64,000 nt of DNA, from positions 46,128,001-46,192,000 of the forward strand of contig OX597817.1 of the NCBI GenBank assembly GCA_951406725.2. The letters run 5' to 3'. A program made the translations under genes and the position numbers. Position 1 is the first letter of the stretch, and every line of letters begins with the position of its first letter. Under the pieces are notes generated by a model. That model had not been told where the DNA came from and searched no databases. It saw only the letters and a program-made list of their open reading frames with translations. This document shows positions 26,423 to 40,550 of this stretch, piece by piece. The stretch is from Octopus vulgaris (taxonomy: Eukaryota).

Positions 26423-27662
26423 TACTCTCGCTATGTTGATGATATCAATATAGTAGTAAAGGCACCCCCACAAGAGAGTACGGTTGATATAGTAATAGAA
26501 ACTAATACTATGGAGAGCATCCAGCAAATAGCTAACTCCATCCACCAGAGTATTAAGGTCACAATATTAGCCCACAAACGAACTGTAAAGCCAGAAATGT
26601 GGTCTATAGTATAAGATGTATAGAGGGAAGATGCAGTAACAAGACAGTAACATACGTAGGGGAAACTGCAAGAAGCATTGGAGAGCGGGTGAATGAACAT
26701 TGGAGATAACTCAAGGAAGGTAAAAGCTCATCGATTCTGTACCAACACGCCGAACAAGAACACGGGGGATCAATCAATAACATAGAGATTAAGATATTGT
26801 CCACACATAGAACAGATGCAACAATTAGACAAATTACAGAAGCTACACATATAATAGAAAATAAACCTAGCCTGAATAGAAAACTAGAATGGAGCAATAG
26901 CGCACACCACAACATATGACAATAGTGGATCCTGCAAACATAATAAATACACAGGTAATTAAAGAAATAGAAATGAATATCTATGTGTATGTATATGTGT
27001 ATATATGTGTATATGTATATGTGTATATGTGTGTGTATATATGTATATATATATATGTATATGTATATGTATGTATATATATATATGTATATGTATATTC
27101 TTTTTTTTTTCTTTTTTTATTTTTTTTTTCTCGATTAGATTTATTATTATTATTACTAATATTGTTGTTATACATACATACAAGCATATGTAATGATAAT
27201 AATGGGTGGATGTAAACACATGAACAAAATTAGAACAAAAGCAACAACAACAAAAACAAAATACAAATTACAAGAATGTATATAACCAGAAGATACAAAT
27301 ATTACAGACATCCCCCCCCACACACTAAATAAACATAGACGCACATAGAGATATAAGCATGCGCAAATGAAGACATACAATAGAAATACAAAATGGCTGA
27401 CGGTTAGTAAGGAGAGACACAAGTAAGTGAGAAGAAAACAAAGGACCACTGATGCGGTCACAGGAGTGTGACGAAAGAACTTTGGCCGAAATAAGATTAA
27501 GATTAATGTAAAAAATAAATATCACTGAAGCAAAATAACACCAAATATATAGTGCGTGTGTTTTTATTGGCTAAACTGTCAATATGACCATTCCGAAATA
27601 TAACAATATCTGTTTCAACACACGACTTCACATAAAAAATCTTGCACAACAAATATTTAAAC

Positions 27663-27667
<5 letters not shown>
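26423..27667 (+). mobile_element. Inverted, internally deleted copy of the same Naiad-like PLE (right arm)
   Basis: YSRYVDD intact, then a ~650-bp deletion (junction at 26566/26567), a nonsense TAA in the GIY-YIG region, and a 3' tail ~60 bp longer than in the left arm. Confidence 0.9.
27443..27487 (+). ncRNA. Degenerate minimal hammerhead-like motif (mirror of 24674-24718)
   Basis: Same sequence in the inverted arm. Confidence 0.45.
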
Positions 27668-27725
<58 letters not shown>

Positions 27726-28025
27726 CACGCGCGCTAGAAAAAGAGCGATGCAATGACAAACAAACAAATAAACTGCTTGGGTTTGATATACAAAATCTCT
27801 ATAAATTTATACATCTAAAGAGCGAGAGTGCAAAAACTGATATGTCTCCATTTCTGCTTGCCTAGATTAATCATATAGCCACTAGTTACCCCGCGAATTT
27901 GTTCCTTGCTAAAAGTTTCGGTTTAACTCCAAACCGTTTGAGCGCTACGAAGTGTTTACTATGTGGAGATCCTCCAGATCTCATTTGTTGAATCTCTCTC
28001 TGTCTCTCTCTCCCTCTCTCTCTCT

Positions 28026-28090
<65 letters not shown>

Positions 28091-28091
28091 C

Positions 28092-28131
<40 letters not shown>

Positions 28132-28154
28132 CACTCTCTATGTATGTGTGTGTG

Positions 28155-28495
28155 TGTGAAGGCGCATGGCTGAGTGGTTTAAGCGCCGAGCTTACGATCG
28201 TGATATTGTGAGCTCGAATCACCGGGCTGCGTATTGTGTTCTTCAGTAAGACACTTTATTTTAAGTTGCTCCAGTTCCGTCAGCTATAGAAACGTGTTGC
28301 GACGTCACAGGTGCCAAGCTGTATCGGTCGTTTTGCATTTTGCTTGGATAACACTCGTGAGGTAGAGTGGTGAGGCCAGTATGCATGGGCGACTGCTAGT
28401 CTTCCATAAACAACCTTGCCAGGCTTGTGCCTAGGGGGCGGGGGGTAACTTTCTAGGAGCAAACCCATGGTCAGTCATGACCGAAGGGGTTCTCG
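28155..28495 (+). mobile_element. SINE family C, near full length
   Basis: tRNA-like head ggcgcatggctgagtggtttaag...gagctcgaatc; body homologous to 61950-62258. Confidence 0.75.
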
Positions 28496-28519
28496 GCATA
28501 TATATATATATATATATAT

Positions 28520-28600
28520 TTAAAATAAGGGTGAGAAATTAGATATTAATTTAATTAACATCGATTTCACAGCAGTGGTCTAACATAAAAAAAACTGAAG
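28520..28600 (-). repeat. Solo terminal fragment related to the end of the 535-bp monomer
   Basis: taagggtgagaaattagatattaatttaa versus taagggtgagagaattagatactaatttaa in the array; both abut (TA)n. Confidence 0.55.
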
Positions 28601-28626
28601 GTTTAGTAAAACTGTATTATATATAT

Positions 28627-28812
28627 ATTAGAGGGAAACCACTATGGGGACACCCATATGCTAGAAATAGATCCGCTACGGTCTCACCACTAAGAAATGT
28701 TCTCAAGAAAAATTTAGCAAAACAACCAAAACGTAATTGAGCAAGACAAAAGAAAAAGTAATAAAAATATGGATTATTCGTATACATATGGGTGTCTACA
28801 TAGTGGTTTCCC

Positions 28813-28818
<6 letters not shown>
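28627..28818. mobile_element. MITE-like element (~190 bp) with ~34-bp terminal inverted repeats, within (TA)n
   Basis: attagagggaaaccactatggggacacccatatg ... catatgggtgtctacatagtggtttccctctaat (2 mismatches). Confidence 0.75.
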
Positions 28819-28891
<73 letters not shown>

Positions 28892-29446
28892 CATATATAT
28901 ATATATATATATAGTGAGAGAGAGAGAGAGAGAGAGATGTAAGCATACACATATACACACACATAATCACACACATATATATATACGCACACACCAATGA
29001 ATATATGTGATGGATGATGGATATATTTGACAAGATGTTTTATTATATATCTACATGTATAGAGTTTGCAGTAGTTTGTGTTTGACAAATGAGATCATGT
29101 GAAATATAGTGTTAAAAGTTTTCAAGTTGCAGAGGCAAAACAGAAATGAAGACACACATGTGCCAACACGTTCACCTTTGGTAGCCATATATGCTGAAAC
29201 GGTTTCAAAAATGTAGTGCTACAGCAACTAACTTATCACCGATATTTATACCAAAGTACTATCACTAAATTTAACATCGCTGACTATAATGGTATATGTG
29301 TGATTTAAATGGCTATCATTGTCTCTTCAAATTTTAATCGTATACACACGAGCACAGTACACAGTCTAACAAGCAGACCACACAGACTCACACACACACA
29401 TATAAGTGTGTGTGTATGTATATAGACATTTACAGACATATATACA

Positions 29447-29490
<44 letters not shown>

Positions 29491-29658
29491 CATATATATG
29501 TACATATACACAAAGATTATGCGTGTATATACACGTATATAGTGTTGGTATATATAGTGTTGGTACGTAAAAGTCTCGTTACAGGAAAATATGCTACATT
29601 TATGAATGCGTATGTGCATGCGGAATGCAATATATGCATATATATATATATATGTATG

Positions 29659-29714
<56 letters not shown>

Positions 29715-30021
29715 TATGTATACATATATATAAATATATATATATATATGTATATATAATATATATATATATAATATTCATATATGTATATATAATATAC
29801 ATATATGTGCGCGCGTGTGTGGGCATGTGTGTATATCTACGTAAGCAAACGCAATTTATATATTCATATAGCCATAGTTACCAACGTTCGTACACACAAC
29901 ACATTTCTCCATTGATGAGAATTTTACGTATCGTCAGGATATAAAATATTTATCTTTTCTCTTACGTCATTCGTCGAGAAATTGTTTTTCCAACATCTCT
30001 CACTCACACACTCTCTCTCTC

Positions 30022-30094
<73 letters not shown>

Positions 30095-30710
30095 TTTCTC
30101 TTTTCTATCTACCGCTATATATCTACCTTTCCCTAGCTATATCTTCCTTTGTATATTCGTACATTTCCCTCTTTCTCTTTTTCTCACTCCTATTTCGCAT
30201 GGAATTAACAACATTATCTCTGGGATTATTACTTCGATACTTTAAAGTCATCGCATCTGTTGTATTCTTTCTACTGCGCAGGAATCAATTTTGCTTCGTG
30301 TACTTTAGAAAATCCGTGATTACACTTCTACACATATACAGCGACCGTATCAGACATCGCGCTGATTATGAAGATACTTAAATACGCAAACGCACAGAGA
30401 TGCATGCATACACAGATAATTATAATAAACCTGTACGTTCATACATGAAAGCCAACATATACATATACGCATATATTTTTACAGGTACATGCAGACACAC
30501 ACACACACACACATGTATGTATGCGTATACGTACGTATAGTGAACCTGCCTATACATACATTACCTTGTGTATTCGTTCATGAATGATTTTAACATCCTA
30601 GCATCGAGCCATTAATGCGTAAGAAAAACATATTACGACTATATTCATTATACGTATTCATGAGTAGAGTATTCTTTGTAAACACATGCATATATCCGTA
30701 TATATACACA

Positions 30711-30765
<55 letters not shown>

Positions 30766-30799
30766 TATATATATATATATAAATATATGTATATATATG

Positions 30800-30860
<61 letters not shown>

Positions 30861-30861
30861 G

Positions 30862-30913
<52 letters not shown>

Positions 30914-31012
30914 TATGTATATATATGTATATACATATATATATGTATATACATGTATATACATATATATATATATGTATATATATATGTTTATATATAT
31001 ATATATATATGC

Positions 31013-31051
<39 letters not shown>

Positions 31052-31403
31052 CACATATATACATGTACATGTATAAATATGAATATAATTGAATATATGT
31101 ATGTGTGCCTATGTTGCGTATATAAGAATGCGTATCTCATTCTATTAGTTCAATGTATGCGTATTAAAAGGCACACTTAAAAAAACATTGCATTAGATTT
31201 GCATTTTAGCTCACAGATATTAAATCTGTGATCCGGCAGAAAACCACTCTCAGCTAAAACATAGTGCTAAGTTACAAATGTGTACCACAAACGCGTTAAG
31301 TTCGTGCATTGAATAACGCTTTTTGATTTTATTTCTTTCTTCATGTAAAAGAAAATCGCCTTTTTACTAAGATTTTACATTCTGTCAATAACATAAAGTC
31401 CTG

Positions 31404-31501
<98 letters not shown>

Positions 31502-31839
31502 GGTTCTCTATTTCCTTTGGTGTGATTGTGCTGAGTTAGCAGGATATATTGTGTGTCACATTTAGTTCACTCTAAATAAGCAAAGAAACCATTGATGTAG
31601 GCATTTTTCGGATCAAAAATTTACGATGTGACTTTCAGACTTCAAAATATATGAGTTTGGTTAGTTTACGTTGTAGTCTTTAGATTATTAACAAGCTTCA
31701 GTAATATGCACGTGTGTTTGTTTAGCTCAAATATTATTTATTACCCCGACGACTAGTTTGTGTGTCGGTTTAATCCTTGCTTCAATTAACTGCCACCAAC
31801 CAAAGTTTTTCTGGTATATTTTAAACATGATAACATTAC

Positions 31840-32251
31840 CTATTTCTTTACTAAAGGGGCTAAACACAGAAAGGACAAACAAGGACAGACAAACAGATTA
31901 AGTCGATTATATCAACCCCAGTGCGTAAATGGTACTTATTTAATCGACCCCGAAAGGATGAAAGGCAAAATCGACCTAGGCGGAATTTGAACTCAGAACG
32001 TAACGGTAGACGAAATACCTATTTCTTTACTACCCACAAGGGGGTAAACACAGGGGGGACAAACAAGGACATACAACCGGATTAAGACGATCATATCGAT
32101 CCCAGTGCGTAACTGGTACTTATTTAATCGACCCCGAAGGGATGAAAGACAAAGTCGACCTCGGCGGGATTTGAACACAGAACGTAGCGGCAGAGGAAAT
32201 ACCGCTAAATATTTTGCCCGGCATGCTAACGATTCCGCCAGCTCGCTGCCT
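31840..32251 (-). mobile_element. Dimeric SINE family B (full unit plus head-truncated unit)
   Basis: Two bodies and tails joined at gaaatacc|tatttctttac near 32012-32030. Confidence 0.85.
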
Positions 32252-33290
32252 TACATGATAACATTACTACATATGTTTTCTTTTCACTTAAACAGTTCAA
32301 CGGGATTTGAGGGATGTTTAGTAATTGTTTTTAGTAGATTGAAAAAAAGTTAGTATATCAATGATTCCTCTTAACGTAGCATTGACAATGAAAAACTAGC
32401 TAGACAGAAAATGTTCAGCTGTTAACATTCACTTCATTGTTGAAGTGCTGGTACATTATTACCAGAAACTATTTTTGTACGACGTATTATTTCACTTAAT
32501 ATATTTGGCGCTGTAATCTAATCGTTGTCCATTTGCCTATCGCTGTTTAGGCATTGATTAAATAACAACTAGTCAAGTACTTACCCACCAGAAATCGCTT
32601 ATAAATGTCAAAATCGTCTCGCGAGCAGCAAAAGTCAGATATTAATAGAAGAAAATACGACACATCTGGCTTGTTTATGCGCTAACTTGATGATTTTTTG
32701 ATAATATAATTTAATTCACAAGACATCTTCTAGACGGATTTATTGTTTATCATCTAATACGTAAGAATTGCGTTATTCAAATTAATTATGAAATCAATAA
32801 GGTATTGTATAACGATATAGATAAGGAAAATTATAAATATAAATATCCCTTATCTAATATTCCCTTAGAAATACATGACCTAACAGTTGTCACTAAAAGT
32901 TGTTCATCTTCCTTGATTAAGCTTCAATCTCTACCTCTAGCGATTTCTCTGCTCTTCACCACTTCTTTTCTCTCTCTCTCGTTTCCCCTCGGTAGCAATT
33001 TCACGATCCTATTTCTCCTTTCAACTGCTATGTTTTCAATTGACCGACCCCAATGTTTGTTTTGTCTGTCCTCGTATCGTCCCCTCATTTTCAAAACCAT
33101 ATGGTTACTAAATAAATTTACTGGTTCAGTCACACTGCTCCTGGCTCTCGCTTTCCATTCTACCTTAAACCCTGGACTCGCATTGTTTTCCCAGCTTTCG
33201 TTCTTTTCTTGACTCTATCCTTTCATCTCTCCACTTTGCTTTCTAGTCATATAGAACGCCATTCTCCATTGCGTTACTTTTACATGTCTG

Positions 33291-33518
33291 TTTCTTTATT
33301 ACCCACAAGGGGCTAAACATAGAGGGGACAAACAAGGACAGACAAAAGAATTAAGTCGATTGCATCGACCCAGTGCGTAACTGGTACGTAATTTATCGAC
33401 CCCGAAAGGATGAAAGGCAAAGTCGTATCGGCGGAATTTGAACTCAGAACGTAACGGCAGACGAAATACGGCTACGCATTTCGCCCGGCGTACTAACGTT
33501 TCTACCGGCTCGCCGCCT
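33291..33518 (-). mobile_element. SINE family B, monomer
   Basis: Full-length homology to the other copies. Confidence 0.85.
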
Positions 33519-33814
33519 TTGTTACTTTTACATGTCTTGTAATGTCGTCTCAGAACTGTGCAGCTTTATTTTCTTTGTATATGTATATTTACACCAACTA
33601 CCTGAGGAGTGTTTGCCTTCATCAACGTCCCTCACGTACGCTATGTGTTCCCAGCAGATTTTTACTATTCGCGCCACCAAAATGAACAAATTATCGTCAG
33701 GGATGCGAAATTTCGATGAATTTAACGAAGGTAAAATGCGATGTGAAAAATCTCTCTAGTAAGAAACATAGTTTTGAAAAGAATATATCTATCTTTGATT
33801 TTTTATCATTTATT

Positions 33815-34000
33815 TGTTTTCGTCACTAGACTGCGGCCATGCTGGGGCACCATCTTGAAGAATATCTAGTCGGAGGAATGTTTTTTTTTTTAACCTGGTA
33901 ATTATTCTATTGTTTATTTTCGAAGAACAATTACATTACAGGGCCGTGAACACACCAACACCGGTTGTCAAATGATGGTAGGAGACAAAAACAGATACAA
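33815..34000 (-). mobile_element. SINE family A, diverged 3' half
   Basis: gactgcggccatgctggggcacc...ccaacaccggttgtcaa. Confidence 0.65.
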
Positions 34001-34205
34001 AGACACAAAGAGGCGCGCTCGCACACACAGATGCTCACATATGTAGATATATAATTGCATATCCACTTATAAGTTTGTAATATATTTGTTAAAATGGTAC
34101 CAGCAGGTGGCAGTAGTGTGTGTGTGTATACGTATGCGTGTGTGTGTTTGTGCATTTGTGTTTAAACATCGTGTGAATACTTATATTTACATACATATAC
34201 TAATA

Positions 34206-34257
<52 letters not shown>

Positions 34258-34310
34258 GAGCGGGAGACAGACAGACAAAACACACACACACATATATACA
34301 TAGTCATATA

Positions 34311-35165
34311 CCGGGTGGGTGGAAAATAACTAGGCATTAAAAATTGCTTATAGAATTTTTAGTATCAATGAAGTCATGACAAAACATTTTTTAAACGCAA
34401 CACTAATGGGATTATTTTATTTTTCTTACTGACATATTTCTTATTTGTTATTTTCCAGACGGCCGGTCGCTCGACTGTTCAGGTGCCAGCTAAGATAGCA
34501 GCACGCTATCAAGTGTGAAACTCAGTTGTTTTGTTTCAGAGGTGGTGGCGTGAATGGAAATTTTTGTATGCGAGACTACGGCCGGAGACAATAAAAAGTT
34601 GTCACGCAAAACTGATGACTACGGGTTCTGTGAACGATACAAGAAGCGACCGCCTAGTTGAAACAGTGCGGAAAATGCTTAATCGCAACCCACAAAAATC
34701 AACACTGCAAGCAGCTCGTGAAAGTGGACTAACAAGACACACACATAAAGAATCGAAATTTCGTCCGTGGAAATCTTATTACGTATAGGAGCTAAAATCT
34801 GGAGAATGTGAGCGCAGAAGTCCAGAAATTCAAGAATTGCAGATCTCACTCCATGTGATCTTTACCTGTGGGGCTACACAAAAGAGGTGTACAAGACAAA
34901 ATCTCGTACACGGAAGGATTTGGAGACACGGATTCATGAGGTTTTTAATGATGTCGCATACGACTTCCTTCAGAAGGTTGTTCACTCCATCTCTGGCCGT
35001 TTGTGGAAACTGGTTTGGCGCCACCGGTGCTTACGTTAAAATCTGAAGATTCACTCTCATTGCCCCATGTAATAAAGAACCTATATCGTTTGTTTCTATA
35101 AATTTGTAAAAGAAATATGGATTTTACTACTAATTTGTTAATGCCTATTTACTTTTCACCCACCT

Positions 35166-35167
<2 letters not shown>
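34311..35167 (+). mobile_element. Internally deleted Tc1/mariner-superfamily transposon
   Basis: TA-flanked imperfect ~30-bp TIRs (ccgggtgggtggaaaataactaggcattaa / ttaatgcctatttacttttcacccaccttg). N-terminal HTH-like peptide TIKSCHAKLMTTGSVND..NPQKSTLQAARESG and C-terminal DLTPCDLYLW; most of the catalytic domain is missing. Confidence 0.8.
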
Positions 35168-35253
<86 letters not shown>

Positions 35254-35314
35254 TGTGTGTGTGCTTGACAAATGACTGAACAAGTTAAAGAATGAAATAA
35301 TATATATATACATA

Positions 35315-35407
<93 letters not shown>

Positions 35408-35411
<4 letters not shown>

Positions 35412-35480
35412 GGAAAGTTTCCGAAAATAAACAAAAGACAAGGCAGCTGGTGTACAAACAAACAGATGTATTAGTATACA
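35408..35480 (-). repeat. 3'-terminal fragment of the same tail family as 51500-51690
   Basis: Reverse complement actaatacatctgtttgtttgtacacc...ttgtcttttg resembles 51625-51690; (TA)n-flanked. Confidence 0.5.
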
Positions 35481-35927
35481 TATATGTGTGTGTATATATA
35501 TATATTTATATATATATGCATATATTTATATATATATATGCATGTATTTATATATATATATATATATACACGTACTCATGAGTACGTACACTTACACACG
35601 TATATATGAATATATGAAAGCAAGTATACGTTTTTATGCGTGTGTTGTATATATATGTGTGTATGTGTGTGTTTGTGTGCGTGTATGTGTGTGTGCGTGC
35701 TTGTCGTAAATGGCATGTACAAGAGTATTATAATTTTCTTTTTCTTTTTTTCCTCTTTTTTTCTTTTCCCTTTTTCTTTTTTTGAAATGCATTTCTACGG
35801 GCAGTAGCTGTCAGTAAGAATGTTTTGTTGTAGCAATTTATGAAAGTCTGATAGTAAATATCTAATATAAATTGGATAACTAACAAATTGTAGGTAGACA
35901 CTGAGAAAGTGAAGGAAAAAAAGCAGA

Positions 35928-35969
<42 letters not shown>

Positions 35970-36558
35970 AGAGAGGTGGGAAGGAAGGTTGACTGAGGCG
36001 GCGTTATAATAACTAAAAGACACTTTTCCATTTAAATATCTCTCCAAATCTGCTCAATCAAAACTTTTCATCACCGAGAAGGAAGCGTATTATGTCGCTA
36101 ACTTCTTTCCTTCTTTCTTTTCCGTCTGGCCTTTCTCCCAGTTAATCTCTTTCGTTATCACTTACCTCTTTCGGCCTGTCTCTATTTCCTCCCTTCCTTC
36201 CTTCCTTCTTTCTTTCTGTCTGCCGAACGTCCTTTCTTCCTTCTCATCATTATTTTTTTCTATCGCTCATTTGTGTTTTTTTTTTCTAGTTCTTCCCTTC
36301 CATTGTCATTTTCTTTGTCGACTTAAATTTTTTCTGTTTCTTGTTTTTTATTATTATATTTGTCGCTTAATTAATTTGGTATCTTAATCATATTTTCTCC
36401 ATTTCTACTTGGCTTCTCCTTTCTTCCTTCTTGTCTTTCATTCATTCAATGTTACCTTCTTTCTGCCTTAATATGGTTCTTCTACATTTTCCTTCTCTCC
36501 CTATTACAGCTTCTAGTTTTCTCTCACTTGTTCACTCGTTCCTCTGTTTGTTGGTAAA

Positions 36559-36956
36559 CTACCAGTAATGTCCGGCGTTGCTCGGGTTTGTTTCGACCCT
36601 TTAGAATTGGAATTTTTAAAAAGTAAAAATTCTGCATTATCTAGCTTGATATTCTCTTTATGTGGACATTTTACCGGTTGAAATACACCGAAAAAGGGTG
36701 ACACAGCAGTCAAAAAATCGTAAAAATAGGGATTTCTATACAAAAAAAACCGCACCTTTTTGACGTCAATACTTTTTGGTGTTAACATAGTCCGATTTGA
36801 ATTTTTTCTTCTACGGAATGAAGAGCATGCCTACCTCTATCATACTCTCAATTTTGGTCAACTTGCGCTGCAGGATCTCGGAGGAGATAGTGTTAGTTGA
36901 AGGGTACCAAACCTGCCACACACACACAGACAACTTCACCTTTATATATAGAGAGA
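36559..36956 (-). mobile_element. Non-autonomous Helitron
   Basis: Minus strand starts TC(TCTATATAT), has the subterminal hairpin CCCGAGCAACGCCGG and ends in GTAG (a mutated CTAG). Confidence 0.65.
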
Positions 36957-37052
36957 TTACATGTCTTACATCTAAATCTGTAGCCATCAAAACAGAAAAA
37001 TAGAACACACTTTTGCACGGATACACAGGTATATGTAACAAATATATGGTTT

Positions 37053-37085
<33 letters not shown>

Positions 37086-37105
37086 TATGTATATATGTAT
37101 ATGTT

Positions 37106-37162
<57 letters not shown>

Positions 37163-37791
37163 GTATGTATGTATTTATGCACATGCGTGTATTTACCTCC
37201 GTTTGTATCATTGTCTATATGAACCAGTATGTATGTGCGTATGTATGAGTTTATATATGTAGATATAAACTCAAACACGCACACATGCATGTATATATGT
37301 ATGTATTATGAATAGAAGCAAAAACAATCTCTGCGTATAATCTTAAAATCATTTCTGTATCCAAGTAATATACAAACCTTACATGTAGATATAGATATAT
37401 ATACAAACACGAACACACATCTAGTTAGAGTTGATGAAGGCCTATCTCGCGATTGTAATTACTTCTGTCAAAAAAGTCTCATCTGACGTGTTTGGGAAAT
37501 GTTTGGTTAGGCTAGGTGCCAGTCTTGCAGACGGAATGGAACATTATAATGGTTTACATAAGTAAAGAGCATCTATTTCGGCTTCTAGTTTAAATTTATG
37601 CGTTTGCCCCTCTGTTAGTCCATCTTTCACACCAATTTGTTGTCTAGTAACGTTCTCCATTATTTTGCTCATTATACAGTCATAACCTCTATCTTTCTAT
37701 ATATCTGGCTATCTGCCTATCTCTGCACTTTTCTAGTTATCTTTCTATATAATTATATATCTGTCTATTTATCTATCAGTCTATCAATTTT

Positions 37792-37876
<85 letters not shown>

Positions 37877-37878
37877 AA

Positions 37879-37918
<40 letters not shown>

Positions 37919-38199
37919 CATACATATATGTATATATGTGTATGCATATGTGTACGTATGTATATTTATACACACACATACATATATGAATACATACATA
38001 TAGATATAAATGCAACTATCTCTGGTATGCTTCCATAGGCATATGCACACACGTACACACGAATGCACATAAACGCACACACATGCTCACTCACATAGCG
38101 ACACGCATACATGTATGTATATCATGAGAAGTGTACCTAGTTATTAGAGCAAATTTTCTTAATTTTCTGAGAAAATAGGTAGGTCTGCGATTACAGTAT

Positions 38200-38580
38200 G
38201 TCAAGCTAGAATAGAAATTTCATCGCTGGGTACCTATTGTTATATAATTCTCTTGTAGATTTTGTTTTTCTTGTTCTTGCTGCTTAACTTCAGCTCATCT
38301 CTATTTAAACAGATCTGTAATAGAATATATTCTATCGATGGTGAACCGTTATTCTATAATGATCCTGCATTTTATAGAACATATCTCTAAAGACGTTATC
38401 CAATCTGGGGTTTTCTCCGTAAGTTAGCCACAAAAGAGACACCAAATATACAATGTTCCATTTTTGGAATGTAGCTAACATAGACAAATTCACCTTTGGA
38501 ACTTGAGAAAAAATTTATATGGTCCTTTCATTTACGAATCAGATTGGTCAATTTCTCTTTCTGGAAGTCCCTGATTCTCC
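38200..38580 (-). mobile_element. Very decayed PLE GIY-YIG fragment
   Basis: Minus-strand KGPYKF...LYIWCLFCG followed by a frameshifted YGE-like segment. Confidence 0.35.
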
Positions 38581-38596
38581 TTTAAGTATTTACTGT

Positions 38597-38775
38597 TACG
38601 GTGCTTAGCGGTATTTCCTCCGTTTTTTCTTTCTAATTTCATATTTCTCCGAGGTCGGCTTTGCCTTTCATCCTTTTGGTATCAATAAAATAAGTACCAG
38701 CTGAGCACTTGGGTCGTTATAATCGACTTACCCGCTCCCCAGAATTTGCTGGCGTTGTGCCAAAACTTGAAAGCA
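38597..38775 (+). mobile_element. SINE family B, partial and diverged
   Basis: gcttagcggtatttc...gctttgcctttcatcc...taagtaccag. Confidence 0.65.
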
Positions 38776-38811
38776 GTATGTAAATATATACGTAATGTCA
38801 TATTGATATGG

Positions 38812-38852
<41 letters not shown>

Positions 38853-38979
38853 CATACACAGACATATAAATTTATATTTCTAGATATAAATGGACATACA
38901 TATTTGTGTATGTACATATGTCTATGTGTCCGTTGTTCGTATGTTTGTATCTGACACACACACACACACACACACACAT

Positions 38980-39049
<70 letters not shown>

Positions 39050-40289
39050 TTGCTTACATAAACAGTACACATATAGAAATGTACATACTTTATATATCTG
39101 GTGTAATTAAGAGCAATAATAGTCTAGACGATGTTTAACTTAATAATGCCATGTTGTTAATGACTGTTATTCCTGAAAATAAGCGTCCTCGTGTTGTTAT
39201 GCAGGAAATTGATTTTTGTCAAAATGGCTGCTTGTTTCATCAGCTAATATTTGTAGATATTTTCCCATATATACAGTTTAACAATGTACCTTCATTAAAT
39301 TTTTGTTTTGATTCTCTTTTGTTCTTATTATAATCGTGAGAAAAAATATTTGCAAATGTAATCACTATTGTACCTTAAGGAACATACAATCGTTTGCCTC
39401 GAATGGTATTTTATAATTTTATAGACTTTATAAATTTCTTCTGTCTTTTCTATAGGTATTCCCATGACCATTGCCCTGATGACCTTTAAATATATCACTG
39501 CTTTTCTTCCCAGACGCATCGTATTTCTGTCGGTAATAATTTCTTTTATTTAAATAGCGTCTTTCCTCGAACTGACCCTTTCTGGAACACTCTACCACCA
39601 TCTTGTTTTCCCCTCGTCAATGATGTTTAGTCATTTAAGGTTTCTATCAATCGACACATTTTGAATTTCTAAGCGCCTTCTACTTCTCTCTCGTGCCTTA
39701 CGCTACAGTGGCAACGAGCCTTGTTTTGGGACAGAATTATACGAAAGAATTCGAGCATTTTTCATTAAACAATTATTGTAAAACGATATCCTGGTGCTGC
39801 TGTTATCCTGGTGATGATTATTTTCAGTTTAATTCATGGCTTCCACTGTGTTTAATTCCAGTCACTGTATGTGCCGGATAATGATATTTAATGTCTTATT
39901 ATTTAATGAACCGTAGTGTCTATTATGTAAAATGTCAAGTTGTTTGCTTTCCGAGGAATATGCAATACTGCTTCCTAAATGAGGAGCTGGCCAAACGAAA
40001 ATAGCAAACCAAACAGAATCCAAGCATATGATGACAACATAGAGTAAAATTTGATGAGCAAAACTATTCGTTGAGGTTTTCCATAATTTACGATACATGG
40101 CGATGTATTGCGCCTTAAGGGACTCAACTAAACTATCCTGTCGTTATATAATCGCTGAAGAGGACTAAAAAGCCCGAAATATACCTGTACTTGTCATTTT
40201 CCATATCACAAGCAATACACATTTCCCATCGTATGACTTTGATCATTGATCAATTTAAATTTAGATTATTCTACATTTTGTACAATGGT

Positions 40290-40514
40290 AAGAATTGTAC
40301 ATTATTTACATTATTTACAATTGACGCATATTTGTCCTCATTTTGTTTGTTGTTAACACAACGTTTCGGCTGATATACCCTCCGGGCTTCATCGGGGAAA
40401 CTTTGAACCTAGGTTCTTATTCCTAAGGTATTTTTCGATGTTGTTGTTATTATTATTATTATTATTATTGTTGTTGTTTTTGTTGTTGTTGTTGTTGTTG
40501 TTGTTATTGTTGCT

Positions 40515-40550
<36 letters not shown>

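Noticed and set aside
26916-27400. Possible selenoprotein Naiad (TGA stop of the GIY-YIG ORF; AUGA..AA..GA pattern near 27370-27405)
   Set aside because: The TGA is followed by TAG two codons later, the Cys codons are ordinary TGY, and the candidate SECIS helix pairs poorly.
39456-39532. Candidate host exon (strong acceptor, GIPMTIALMTFKYITAFLPRRIVFLS, donor gtaata)
   Set aside because: Splice-like signals are common by chance and I recognise no protein family; it needs RNA-seq or homology evidence.
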